A DNA stretch of 64,000 nt from contig CAMDDG010000009.1 of the NCBI GenBank assembly GCA_945890895.1, forward strand, positions 306 through 64,305, read 5' to 3'. The translations under genes were made by a program, and so were the position numbers. The notes beneath the pieces were generated by a model that was not told the DNA's origin, made no database searches, and saw only the letters and a list, made by a program, of their open reading frames with translations. The stretch is from Chitinophaga pinensis. GTDB taxonomy: Bacteria > Bacteroidota > Bacteroidia > NS11-12g > UBA955. Shown here piece after piece: positions 27,727 through 37,242 of the stretch. Position 1 is the stretch's first letter; each line of letters begins with the position of its first letter.

Positions 27727-29712
27727 TTAATACAACACTACTTTCGTTGTGCAAAGTTCGTTGTTTTGTTTGAAATTAACGATATACACTCCCTTGGGCC
27801 AGTTTTCGGTTTGAATCCACTGAAATACGCTAAATCCACTATTAAGTGTTTGTTGGTGAATTAATTGACCCGTAGTACTTCGGATTTCTATCTGTCCATC
27901 TTTTGCAATTTTTGCAAATCTTTCTGGAATCTCTATAGCAAATCCTTCGGATGTAGGGTTGGGATATGCGTGTAACTTTCCTTCGCCCTGAGTAATTTCA
28001 TCGGAGTTTAAGTAGTATCCAACGGTAAAATCGAACCGCAATTCCGTCCCAAAATCAACGGGAAACGACTTGAAGAGCGTACCGGAATAACCATTTCTCA
28101 ATTGAATAGATCCAGTTCCATCCTGGGTATTGGCCCACCAACCCAAACCATCTTTATTAAGCGGATAACTAGATGGAGCAGCACCCGTATCGGATAAATG
28201 GAAGGTGTAACAACCTGTGGGAAGAGATACGGTATCTCTGTAAATGGTTTGAGCTTTGGTAAATCCATTTTTTTCATAAAACACTTTGCCTTCGGCATCT
28301 AAGAATCGATAACTATTCTCGGTAGGAGCATTATTGGTCTTAAATACTACAATGATTTTATCCGATCCTAAAGGCGTGCGGGCAGGCATTGTTACTTGCA
28401 TGCCATTGTTGGTTAAATCTTGGTCTATTTGCTTGTTTACCTTAGTTACAACCGCTTGAAATTTATTTGAAACCGGCGTCCAATCCATCCCCCAAGGCAA
28501 ACGAATTTCTTTGGTTTCGCCAAAAGGAATCACCCCGCTCCACGTGTGTTTGCTCTGTTTTCCTCCAACAATACCGTATTCGAATTCCAAATAGTTAATG
28601 GTTTTTGAACCGGTGTTTTTGACCCGGATTAACGGATCTCCACACGATGGATTTAAGCGTGCGTATTGGGGATGATTATTGGGTTTTAATATTTCTTCCA
28701 ATTGGGCATCCGTTTGATACGTGGGATCCGCTAATTCTAAAATGTAGGCGCCGATGACATAATTCGAGCTACCCCCAGTTCTCACATAAGAATCCATGTC
28801 TAAATCAAATTCATGCCATCCCGTGTCTAAATTTTGAATGTCAAAATTGTATTCTATAACGGATTGCCCTGGACACCAACCGGATCGGTCGTACAACCAA
28901 GTGCCATTTTGAGGATAAACCGGATTCAATCCACAATCATCGCGCCATACCCACGAAGTATCTACGACGGTTCCATCAATATTTAAGTATCTTTTACGGG
29001 GACAGAATTCCGCGCAATTATCGGGTTGGTCCATTCCGTGTCCCGTTTGTATAATTTTAATTCGGGTAGTTTTTGCTTTGGGATTGGATTTCCAACGAAA
29101 TTTAGGCACTCGAGCGTCGAATAAAGAATCATTACCATAAGGTGCAGAAACAAAGTACATTCTATTTAAATCGAGTACTTCTTGAATGGAGGGACCTTCA
29201 AATAGGGTAAAGTTTAACGTAATTAACCAACCTCTTCCGTTGCGCGCTTCATAACCAGAATGTTGGTACCAAATTTCAACGGAATCCCTCAATAATGATT
29301 GAAAATCAGTAATGTCAAATTTCCAAGTGTGTTTCCAAGACGAATTGAAGCCCAAGCCATATGGGGTAATTAATCTCATAATTTCCCAACCCAGGCTGTC
29401 ATTGAATTTGCCACGTCGTTTACCAATTCGAATATGATTATTGTAATCCCATTCGCCGCAAGTCATACCAGGAGGACATTGAAATGTTAATTCGGCAATG
29501 ACTTTTTGGTAATTTCCTGTGGATGGAAATTGTCCCCAGCCGTAATAATCGGTTACACCCCTTGAAGGATCTGTTTGAATCAGTACTTTATTATGTGTAG
29601 TAACTTGAACAGAATCGCTAAATTGGGCAAAGGTAAAAGTTTGAAAACTAAAGAAAAGTAGGAATAAAAATCCGGATATAACCGATTTTTTTGGGGAACC
29701 AGAACTTGACAT
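27727..29712 (-). CDS. T9SS-sorted secreted protein, peptide-N-glycosidase F-related (tentative)
   Basis: 661 aa with a signal peptide. TGHGMDQPDNCAEFCPRK is a PNGase-F-like segment. The C-terminal type-A sorting domain is LHAYPNPTSEGFAIEI...GVYIVNFKQNNELCTTKVVLY. Confidence 0.6.
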   Translation of the reverse strand: MSSSGSPKKSVISGFLFLLFFSFQTFTFAQFSDSVQVTTHNKVLIQTDPSRGVTDYYGWGQFPSTGNYQKVIAELTFQCPPGMTCGEWDYNNHIRIGKRRGKFNDSLGWEIMRLITPYGLGFNSSWKHTWKFDITDFQSLLRDSVEIWYQHSGYEARNGRGWLITLNFTLFEGPSIQEVLDLNRMYFVSAPYGNDSLFDARVPKFRWKSNPKAKTTRIKIIQTGHGMDQPDNCAEFCPRKRYLNIDGTVVDTSWVWRDDCGLNPVYPQNGTWLYDRSGWCPGQSVIEYNFDIQNLDTGWHEFDLDMDSYVRTGGSSNYVIGAYILELADPTYQTDAQLEEILKPNNHPQYARLNPSCGDPLIRVKNTGSKTINYLEFEYGIVGGKQSKHTWSGVIPFGETKEIRLPWGMDWTPVSNKFQAVVTKVNKQIDQDLTNNGMQVTMPARTPLGSDKIIVVFKTNNAPTENSYRFLDAEGKVFYEKNGFTKAQTIYRDTVSLPTGCYTFHLSDTGAAPSSYPLNKDGLGWWANTQDGTGSIQLRNGYSGTLFKSFPVDFGTELRFDFTVGYYLNSDEITQGEGKLHAYPNPTSEGFAIEIPERFAKIAKDGQIEIRSTTGQLIHQQTLNSGFSVFQWIQTENWPKGVYIVNFKQNNELCTTKVVLY

Positions 29713-29731
29713 TTTTCAAATATACACAAGT

Positions 29732-30364
29732 CTAAATTACCTCGAACATTTCGTCGGCGGTTTTTCGGACTTTTGGTGCAGATGCAAGTATATCAATGGC
29801 TGAATCCCGTTTACCAATGGCCAATACAACCGAAGATGTAAGTTTTTGGGCTGATAAATTGAGGTAATCATCCAATAGGTCGTGTTTGAATCCTTCCATA
29901 GGGGTGCTATCCACGCGCAACATGGCCGCTGATGACATGGCCATTCCCAGAGCGATATAGGTTTGTTTTTTTGCCCAATCGATAAATTCTGTTGCCGACA
30001 TGCTTTTGGTGAAATTATGGATATTTCTTTTGAAACCTTCCAGTTCCTGAATGGGCTTGTTTCGAGTTTGAGAAATACGGTTTATGTATTCGTCGATTTG
30101 TGAATCCGTTAATTCGGTGAAAGCAGCAAACACGAGGATGTGACTGGCTTCAACACTTTGGGGTTGATTGTTGAATATGGATTTGATTTCTTCTCTTTTT
30201 TCTGGGGATTCGATACGAATAACCTTAAACGGCTGTAATCCCAAAGAAGTGGGAGTTAAGCGTATGGTTTCCATGATTTGCTCCAACTCAACTTCGGGAA
30301 TGGATGTGATTTTGTATCGTTTTACGGCATAACGCCAGTTTAAAGCTTCTATTATGTTTTGCAT
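29732..30364 (-). CDS. NAD(P)H nitroreductase family protein
   Basis: ALNWRYAVKRYKITSIPEVELEQIMETIRLTPTSLGLQPFKVIRI is the nitroreductase fold signature. Confidence 0.8.
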   Translation of the reverse strand: MQNIIEALNWRYAVKRYKITSIPEVELEQIMETIRLTPTSLGLQPFKVIRIESPEKREEIKSIFNNQPQSVEASHILVFAAFTELTDSQIDEYINRISQTRNKPIQELEGFKRNIHNFTKSMSATEFIDWAKKQTYIALGMAMSSAAMLRVDSTPMEGFKHDLLDDYLNLSAQKLTSSVVLAIGKRDSAIDILASAPKVRKTADEMFEVI

Positions 30365-30666
30365 TCTAATCTGCAAAACAAATGATTAGTCAAGTTGTTT
30401 GCAAACGCACTTGTTTTTTTTGTGAATGAACGTTATAAATGGTAAACGTCAAATTTATAAAGTATACCTTTGTTATACTTTTTTAATTGATATTCACTGA
30501 GTTTATTAGGTTTTTAATGTATTGATAATTAGTTATTAAAACTGAATTATTAAGCGAAAAACCTCCCCAAAATTGATTCTATAAATCGGAATTGTAAAGC
30601 GGGTTTTGAAAATGCGTAATATTCAATTAGGAAAGCGTAAAAAACAAAATTTATACAGATCGAAAT

Positions 30667-31206
30667 ATGAAAAAAGTACTCATTGTAATTGGAGCAATCC
30701 TATTAATTTTTGTTGCAGTTTATGCATTTAACGGTGGATTTAGTAAAGCAGATGTTCGCATGCAACATCAAAATGAAATGTTAATTGTGGGCATCGACCA
30801 CAAAGGCGCGTATAAAAACATTGGCGGGGCATTTGATAAAATGACTAAAATCAAAGAAACTACTAAATTGGATTCAGCCATTTTCGTAGGCGTTTATTTC
30901 GATGACCCTAAAACTGTAGCCGAAGATTCATTAAAGAGTTTTGCGGGTTTTACAGTTCCCAACATGGAGACCGGTACTGCAATTTGTAAAAGTAATCCAG
31001 GCTGTTACATACTACCCATTGAAGAAGGTGAAGCGTATGTTTGCGACTTAAAAACATCAGGAACATTATCCATGATTATAGCGGCAATGAAGGCGTATCC
31101 AGCTTTAGGCGAAGCCGCTGAAGGATTATCATCGAGTAAAAAAGTGACCCATGTGTATGAAATGTACTTGGATGGCTTTACTCGTTTTGTGATGCAGTTT
31201 GAATAA
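30667..31206 (+). CDS. membrane-anchored GyrI-like small-molecule-binding domain protein
   Basis: It has an N-terminal TM helix followed by IVGIDHKGAYKNIGGAFDKM...VGVYFDDPKTVAEDSLKSFAGF, a pattern typical of GyrI-like/SOUL domains. Confidence 0.5.
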   Translation: MKKVLIVIGAILLIFVAVYAFNGGFSKADVRMQHQNEMLIVGIDHKGAYKNIGGAFDKMTKIKETTKLDSAIFVGVYFDDPKTVAEDSLKSFAGFTVPNMETGTAICKSNPGCYILPIEEGEAYVCDLKTSGTLSMIIAAMKAYPALGEAAEGLSSSKKVTHVYEMYLDGFTRFVMQFE

Positions 31207-31340
31207 TCTCTATTCAAGTTTTATTTAGCCCAAATGGCTAAATCTTGGTACTGCGCTGCTGCTCAATGTAATAAATCATTTTAATATTAGGATTTAATAA
31301 ATAAATAATTAATATTTGATATTAGTTAATTATTTATCCT

Positions 31341-33473
31341 ATGAAAAGAATTTTACCAATTTTAAGTTTCCTAATTGCTGGAATCCAAGGCTTTGCACAA
31401 AGTACGGCCTTACATTTAGATGGTGTTAATGATTTTGTAAGCATCTCAAATAAGAGTAGCTTAAATGGACCTTCAAAAATCACCATTGAATCGTGGGTAT
31501 ACGTAGATAACTTCAACAGTTCACCCTGCGGGGATTGTGCACCTGTGGTTTGGCAACAAGACAACGCATATCGTTTTGGAACAGGAAATGCTCAAGGAAT
31601 TCACTTTACATTAACCGGAAGTTCAGGTTCGCAATCTCTGAATATTTCAAGTGCACTAAAAGCAAATACTTGGCACCATATTGCTGGAACTTTCGACGGC
31701 AGTAAAATGAAAGTTTATGTAGATGGTGTAGTCAAAGATTCTACCACAACTTCGTTCTCTTCCATTAATTACAAATCAAGTAATACGGCGGTTTGGATCG
31801 GCGATCCTGTAACGGGTTATGGTGGAATTTTAGAAGAAACTCGAATTTGGGATTATGCCCGAAGTACTTCCCAAATTAACGATGGAATGTACCGTAAATA
31901 TCCAGATAGCGAAACGGGTTTAGTGCTGCAATTAAGCTATGAAGATGGAACACCCTATAAAAATAATTCAGCCGTTACGGGTGTAGTCGATCATTCATTA
32001 AATGCGAATGATGGGTTATTGAATAATTTTGCACTTAAGGACTCTGCTTCTAATTTTGTACTGGGTAGATCCTATTGCGACACAACAGTTTATGCTTCCA
32101 TGAAACTATGGGTATGCGATAAATATACGGCTCCATCGAAGAAATGGTCCACTACCGTTTCGGGGAAATTTAATGATACAATTATGTCGTATCGCGGCTG
32201 TGATTCAGTAATCACCATTGAAGTAAATATTAAGAAGTCAACGGGTTCTATTTTGTATTTTGCACAATGTGACTCGGTGAAATCTCCATCAAATCCGAAT
32301 ATGTATTACAAGAAAAGCGGTAAATTCATGGAGCGAATAAAAAATGCGGCAGGTTGTGATAGTGTAATAACAGTAAATGTATTGATCACCAAGCCATCTT
32401 ATACTGAGTATTCGTATTCCAATTGCTACAGTGTTGCTTTGAAAAACGGTAAAACAGTTACGAAATCAGGAACTTATATTGATTCTTTTGTGGGTTTCGG
32501 GGGATGTGATAGCGTAATAGTTCATAAAGTTAACGTGAAAGAACAAACCTATGCGAAGCAGAATTTAGGTATATGCCGTTTTGTGGTATGTCCCACAAAC
32601 AAAGACAAAGTATTTAAAAAGGAAGGAATCTACTACGATACAATTAAAAACCGTATAGGATGTGATTCGATTATTGAATATAACGTTAAATCGAGTTCCA
32701 CATCAGGTTCTGCCAAAATAGTAGCTTGTACTCAATATAAAAGCCCTTCAGGAAACTATACTTGGAAATCGTCTGGTACATACGGGGATACTTTAGTTGG
32801 AGGGAATAAAGCGGGATGTGATAGCTTTATTAGAATTGATTTAACCATTATTAAACCCGTAAATGAGAATTTAAATCCCATTGGTTGTGGAGTGTATGTT
32901 TCACCTTTAGGAAAGAAAATCTATACCTCTGGTACCTATAACGAAACATTAAAATCAAGTTTAGGTTGCGACAGTATAAAATATACCTTGAATGTAAGTA
33001 TTGTAAACGTAAATGTTCAAGTAACTCGAGATTGGAATACGCTAATCTCTTCGGCCACCGCTGCTTCGTATCGTTGGTTAGATTGTAAGAATTCACTTTC
33101 GTTTATAACGGGTGAAACAAATAAGGAATTTACGCCAACCGCTTCAGGACAATTTGCGGTGGAGGTTACTCAAAGTGGATGTATGGATACATCAACTTGT
33201 GTAACTTTTGCATGGACAGATGTTATTAAGCCTTTGAAGGCAAGCGTTAAATTGATGCCGAATCCCAATTCGGGTCGTTTTCAATTGGAATTAGATCAAC
33301 CAATAAGTGACGTTCATGCACAGATTTTCGATGTTAATGGGAAGTTGGTATGGGAAGAAAATTGGCAACAGTTATTGAAAAAGGAAATTTCAGTGGAGTT
33401 GGTTGCAGGATTTTATTTTATCCGTTTGGATTCTGATTCAGGTAGTTGGATAAGTAAGCTGAAAGTTGAGTAA
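31341..33473 (+). CDS. T9SS-sorted surface protein: LamG/concanavalin-like domain + six GCDS repeats + sorting domain
   Basis: The LamG-type segment is LHLDGVNDFVSISN...WHHIAGTFDGSKMKVYVDG. Six repeats of about 45-50 aa each contain (G)CDS(V/I/F)I. The C-terminus is LMPNPNSGRFQLELD...GFYFIRLDSDSGSWISKLKVE. Confidence 0.8.
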   Translation: MKRILPILSFLIAGIQGFAQSTALHLDGVNDFVSISNKSSLNGPSKITIESWVYVDNFNSSPCGDCAPVVWQQDNAYRFGTGNAQGIHFTLTGSSGSQSLNISSALKANTWHHIAGTFDGSKMKVYVDGVVKDSTTTSFSSINYKSSNTAVWIGDPVTGYGGILEETRIWDYARSTSQINDGMYRKYPDSETGLVLQLSYEDGTPYKNNSAVTGVVDHSLNANDGLLNNFALKDSASNFVLGRSYCDTTVYASMKLWVCDKYTAPSKKWSTTVSGKFNDTIMSYRGCDSVITIEVNIKKSTGSILYFAQCDSVKSPSNPNMYYKKSGKFMERIKNAAGCDSVITVNVLITKPSYTEYSYSNCYSVALKNGKTVTKSGTYIDSFVGFGGCDSVIVHKVNVKEQTYAKQNLGICRFVVCPTNKDKVFKKEGIYYDTIKNRIGCDSIIEYNVKSSSTSGSAKIVACTQYKSPSGNYTWKSSGTYGDTLVGGNKAGCDSFIRIDLTIIKPVNENLNPIGCGVYVSPLGKKIYTSGTYNETLKSSLGCDSIKYTLNVSIVNVNVQVTRDWNTLISSATAASYRWLDCKNSLSFITGETNKEFTPTASGQFAVEVTQSGCMDTSTCVTFAWTDVIKPLKASVKLMPNPNSGRFQLELDQPISDVHAQIFDVNGKLVWEENWQQLLKKEISVELVAGFYFIRLDSDSGSWISKLKVE

Positions 33474-33557
33474 GCATGAAAAATAGAGTAAACATGTAAA
33501 TTAGAGTAAGCATATAAAGTAGGATAAATATATAAAGTAGAATAAATACGCATAGGT
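33468..33557. repeat. degenerate 18-bp tandem array (about 5 units)
   Basis: The units are gagtaagcatgaaaaata / gagtaaacatgtaaatta / gagtaagcatataaagta / ggataaatatataaagta / gaataaatacgcataggt. The stop codon of the LamG gene lies in unit 1. Confidence 0.7.
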
Positions 33558-33679
33558 TAAATGTTAGGTTTATGACATAGAGTAAATCTAGGTTTTTATT
33601 TAAGAGTAAATGTAAGTTTATAATATGTATAGCGGTTCCGGAAATGGAGTCGCTTTTTTTTGAATGAAAATTCTATGAA

Positions 33680-33693
33680 TGGCACGGTATTTG
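33680..33693 (+). promoter_or_regulatory. conserved 14-mer TGGCACGGTATTTG (sigma-54-like -24/-12 element or shared operator), copy 1
   Basis: It is identical to 53505-53518 and lies 30 nt upstream of the ATG at 33723. The GG-N10-G spacing fits RpoN promoters, but the -12 dinucleotide is GT, not GC. Confidence 0.45.
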
Positions 33694-33722
33694 TTAACGG
33701 ATGGTTATCAGGTGCAAAAAGA

Positions 33723-34178
33723 ATGAAAAAAGCAATATGGGTAATGTTAATTACCATTGGATTTATAGGAAGTAGCAAGGGTCAAATGGCTATTTCAGGC
33801 GGAATATTCGCTGAAAATCCTACTCGATTTAATGGTAGAATGATTACAGTAAAAAATATTCGCTTGAATTTAAATTCGCATAATTCCGTTCCTGGCACAG
33901 TTCCTCCAGTAAATCCGCCAGGTGGAAATGCGAATAATACCCCGATAGGAGGAGTTGGTTCAAACATCCAGCGATGCAATCCACCAAGAGGTTTTAAAAT
34001 GTTGGATGTAGAATTTATTGAAAAACCCGAGTTTGAAAGTTGTTTTTTTATCGCGGAATCTATGTACAATCAACTTAAGAAAGAAACTCTTGGACAGGGT
34101 AAAGTAGATGTACAATTAACATTTAGAGGCGATAATCGAACTGGTTACAATGTTATGTCTTATCGTTTAGGTAGATAA
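33723..34178 (+). CDS. small secreted protein, unknown family (paralog of 53564-54031)
   Basis: MKKAIWVMLITIGFIGSSKGQ is the signal peptide. The conserved block RCNPPRGFKMLDVEFIEKPEFESCFFIAESMYNQLKKETLGQGKVDVQLTFRGDNRTGYNVMSYRLG is shared with the paralog. A P/G/N-rich linker is present. Confidence 0.8.
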   Translation: MKKAIWVMLITIGFIGSSKGQMAISGGIFAENPTRFNGRMITVKNIRLNLNSHNSVPGTVPPVNPPGGNANNTPIGGVGSNIQRCNPPRGFKMLDVEFIEKPEFESCFFIAESMYNQLKKETLGQGKVDVQLTFRGDNRTGYNVMSYRLGR

Positions 34179-34214
34179 ATGAGTTAAATTACAGATTTCG
34201 TATTCGATATGATA

Positions 34215-34244
34215 AAAGGGCCGTCAAGAATGACGGCCTTTTTA
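34215..34244 (+). terminator. rho-independent terminator after the small secreted protein gene
   Basis: The hairpin ggccgtca-agaa-tgacggcc is followed by ttttt. Confidence 0.8.
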
Positions 34245-34287
34245 ATTTTGTGTTGTAAATTGCCAACCTATTCAATAAACCATAATA

Positions 34288-36171
34288 ATGAATCCAAATA
34301 AAACGCTCCTAGGTTCTATATTGTGTCTTTTCGGAATCTTTCTTCTTCAATTCTATTCTTGTCAAAAAGCAAAAAATGTAGAGCCGGAATTTCGGGGCAT
34401 GGATACATTAATTCAGAAGATCGACGAGGCAAGAAAAGTGGATACATTGGGTTACAAGCAAATAATAAAGTTATATTGGAACGGTGTTAATAAATCAGAC
34501 AAAGAAGTAGAATGGTTTATTGCGCGATTGAATAATTCCAACATGGTTCAACATGATTCGGATTTTTTAGCTTCTTTCAACTTATTCAAAAGCTGGTATC
34601 ATTTTTCCCGAGGCAGAGATTCATTGGGTCTTAAATATTTGAATAAGATTCAAACTCAAAACTTGGAAATACAATTATCTAAAATACAGCAATTGGCACA
34701 ATACAATTATCAAATTGGACGATTGGATTCTGCGTTGCGATATTATGGTTTGGGTTATGGATTAGCACGTGAAGAAGACAATCGTCCGTGGATGCTTAAT
34801 TTCGCTAATAACTTAGGTACTGTTTATTTTGATTTGCGGAATTTTGAAATCGCTTCGAGTTATTTTAAAGAGGCGTTGAATATCATACAACAACGTAAAG
34901 CAAAAATTCCTCCCTTATTACTTAATAATATCATTACTTGTGCTTTGGTGGATAGTGATGGGAAAGAGGCTATGGAATTGTACGAAAAACACAGGAATGA
35001 TTTTGTGTCGCAAAATCCTTACGAACTTGCCATATTCCAAATTAATCGAGCCCATATTTTTTGGAAGAAAAATGAATTGGATTCATTTAAATATTACTTA
35101 GATCAAATAAAATTAGAAAAAGGATTGGTCTCAAGTATCGAATACATGAAAGACTTTCATTATTGTTTTTATTATGCGGCAACTGGAAACAGAGTTCAAT
35201 TTTTAAACTTATTTTTAAAACATAGGCCCAGTATTTTGGAGTATCCGGTTGGACATATTCCCCAATGGACCGAGTTGATTCTGTATGCGAAGTCTAAAGG
35301 AATTGAATCTATACGACTAAGCGAGGTGCGAGAAATGTACTCTAAGTTAAAGCCTAGCGATCCCATAACGTATAAAGCCTCTTTAGAGGAATTGTTAACC
35401 GTGTTTACTGTAGGAGATGAGTCAGCGCAATGGAAAATAAAATCGTTGACAACTGAACTTCAGTTGAAAAAGCAGTCGAGTTTAAGTTTCCAAAATGACC
35501 TGCGACAACAAATTCAGATACATACTTTAATTAGTGAAAACGAGCAGATCAATCTAAAATTGGATTTAAGGAATGCAGAGAATAATTATTATTTAGCGTT
35601 TTCTGTATTCGCTTGGATTGGCGTTATGTTAATTACTGTATTGTTTTTTATGGCGCAAAAGAATCGAAAAATTCAGTTTCAGAAATTGAATTTGGAGTTG
35701 GAGAATATTCGCACATTGAATCAAGGTAATTACAGCAAACAGCAAATAGCAGATCGTGTTTTGAGTGTGAATCGAGCTACGCATAAAAAGTTAAATTACT
35801 TAGCACAGAAATTGCGACAAACCAAGTTCGCAAAGGATCCAGAAATTATTGAAATTCGGAGTGAATTGAATTCAATTTCAGAATTGGAAACAGATATTTT
35901 TAATGAAATGAATCAAATTAAATCTTCCGATAATATTTTGTATTTGGCTGAAGATTTTAAATCCATTTTGAGTATGAATCAAACAGAATTGGCTGTTTTG
36001 GCATTCATCTTAGAAGGTCATAAGGTTAAAGAAATTGCCGTTTTGATGTCGGTATCTGAACAACATGTTCGAAATACCAAGTCAAAAGTATTCAAAATGC
36101 TCAGTGAAGACATAGGACACAGCATTACAGCTGAAGAATTGCTAAATTACAAGAATAAGAATTATATTTAA
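34288..36171 (+). CDS. membrane-spanning one-component regulator: lipoprotein-like signal + TPR-like sensor region + TM helix + C-terminal LuxR-type HTH
   Basis: 627 aa. The N-terminus is LCLFGIFLLQFYSC. The central part is TPR-like helical repeats, with a coiled coil and then the TM segment YYLAFSVFAWIGVMLITVLFFMA. The C-terminus LAVLAFILEGHKVKEIAVLMSVSEQHVRNTKSKVFKML is a GerE/LuxR HTH. Confidence 0.75.
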   Translation: MNPNKTLLGSILCLFGIFLLQFYSCQKAKNVEPEFRGMDTLIQKIDEARKVDTLGYKQIIKLYWNGVNKSDKEVEWFIARLNNSNMVQHDSDFLASFNLFKSWYHFSRGRDSLGLKYLNKIQTQNLEIQLSKIQQLAQYNYQIGRLDSALRYYGLGYGLAREEDNRPWMLNFANNLGTVYFDLRNFEIASSYFKEALNIIQQRKAKIPPLLLNNIITCALVDSDGKEAMELYEKHRNDFVSQNPYELAIFQINRAHIFWKKNELDSFKYYLDQIKLEKGLVSSIEYMKDFHYCFYYAATGNRVQFLNLFLKHRPSILEYPVGHIPQWTELILYAKSKGIESIRLSEVREMYSKLKPSDPITYKASLEELLTVFTVGDESAQWKIKSLTTELQLKKQSSLSFQNDLRQQIQIHTLISENEQINLKLDLRNAENNYYLAFSVFAWIGVMLITVLFFMAQKNRKIQFQKLNLELENIRTLNQGNYSKQQIADRVLSVNRATHKKLNYLAQKLRQTKFAKDPEIIEIRSELNSISELETDIFNEMNQIKSSDNILYLAEDFKSILSMNQTELAVLAFILEGHKVKEIAVLMSVSEQHVRNTKSKVFKMLSEDIGHSITAEELLNYKNKNYI

Positions 36172-36324
36172 TTGTAATTCAATGTTATGAATGTTTAAAT
36201 ATTACATAAAGTGTATTCAATTATTATATAAATAGTACATGCAATTAACTGTACTTTAATATAGTATATGGTGTAGTTGTGATGTTGCTCGCATAGATTT
36301 GCATCGTTCAATTCGAACATTACT

Positions 36325-37020
36325 ATGACAATCAGTTCACAAAAGCCAAACACTAAAACCGAGTTACTGAGTGAATATATTCGGGAAGATTTTATTGTTT
36401 TGCGAACTGAGGATTTTCTAACGGAAGAAGCGCGAAGCGAAGTGCAAAAAAACTATTCCAATTACGTCAAGCATGAGGGAATATCAAAGTGTCAAATTGG
36501 ATTGCCCTATTTGGTGTTGAACAAGCGCTTTGAAGCAGGCGAATGGCTTGGTTCATTTCTGAGTGGAATACCTTGCGAAACCCAGGTGTTTTACTATTTG
36601 GAATTAAGCAATTCGGTAAAACCGAGTAAATGGTTGCAACAATTTCCTGAGCTAATCGATTGTAAAGAAATTTACGTTCGGGGAAGCAAAAATGCGGATT
36701 GGAATGATTTCCTGAACTGTATTTGGGATTTTAATAAAAATAATACTCAAGTTTTCCTTTTAAATTCCAATTGTATTTTAGAGCACCCGAAGTCGCACAA
36801 GATTATACAATCCTTGGTATTTAGAGGAGTTACATTGGGCTTTCATGGTGATTTTCCGACAAGTTGGTGGCAATCCAAAAACCGATTTTTAAAGATGTTT
36901 GCTGAATGGGATGTTCTGGATTTTTGGCAAACCAAACATTTTAATTTGGATTCAAAAGAATTTGCGGAAGAGAAAGAATATAAGATAAAGTACTTCAAAA
37001 TCTCAAGAGTGCAGTCCTAA
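36325..37020 (+). CDS. hypothetical cytoplasmic protein
   Basis: 231-aa ORF with its own terminator. I recognise no motif in it. Confidence 0.55.
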   Translation: MTISSQKPNTKTELLSEYIREDFIVLRTEDFLTEEARSEVQKNYSNYVKHEGISKCQIGLPYLVLNKRFEAGEWLGSFLSGIPCETQVFYYLELSNSVKPSKWLQQFPELIDCKEIYVRGSKNADWNDFLNCIWDFNKNNTQVFLLNSNCILEHPKSHKIIQSLVFRGVTLGFHGDFPTSWWQSKNRFLKMFAEWDVLDFWQTKHFNLDSKEFAEEKEYKIKYFKISRVQS

Positions 37021-37063
37021 AATGCATTCTATATTTACTTTGTTATTTGGTTCATTGTATGCT

Positions 37064-37090
37064 AGAAAAGCCACTGAAAGTGGCTTTTCT
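37064..37090 (+). terminator. rho-independent terminator
   Basis: A perfect 12-bp stem, agaaaagccact-gaa-agtggcttttct. Confidence 0.7.
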
Positions 37091-37242
37091 GGTTATTTTG
37101 AGTCATCGGATTTAATTTAAAAACAAGTAAAAAAGTAGATTTTGTTATGTGAAACTTTTTAAGATTCAACACTTTTCATTTGTAAAAAGCAGTAATATTG
37201 CGATACTTTTTCGTAAGAGACTGCTTTTTAACTTAGAGTATT

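Noticed and set aside
31668-31682. Another TGGCAC...TTGC-like string (tggcaccatattgc) as a sigma-54 promoter
   Set aside because: It lies inside the LamG coding sequence, the spacing is one nucleotide short of GG-N10-GC, and no gene start follows.
33660-33722. TTG start at 33660 for the small secreted protein
   Set aside because: The extension would place 21 non-signal residues ahead of a canonical signal peptide. It also contains the conserved 14-mer promoter-like element. ATG 33723 matches the start of the paralog.
37022-37120. 32-codon ORF (MHSIFTLLFGSLYARKATESGFSGYFESSDLI) as a possible precursor peptide for the ABC exporter
   Set aside because: It is built across the perfect 12-bp terminator hairpin of the preceding gene. 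The exporter lacks a C39 peptidase domain, and nothing supports translation.
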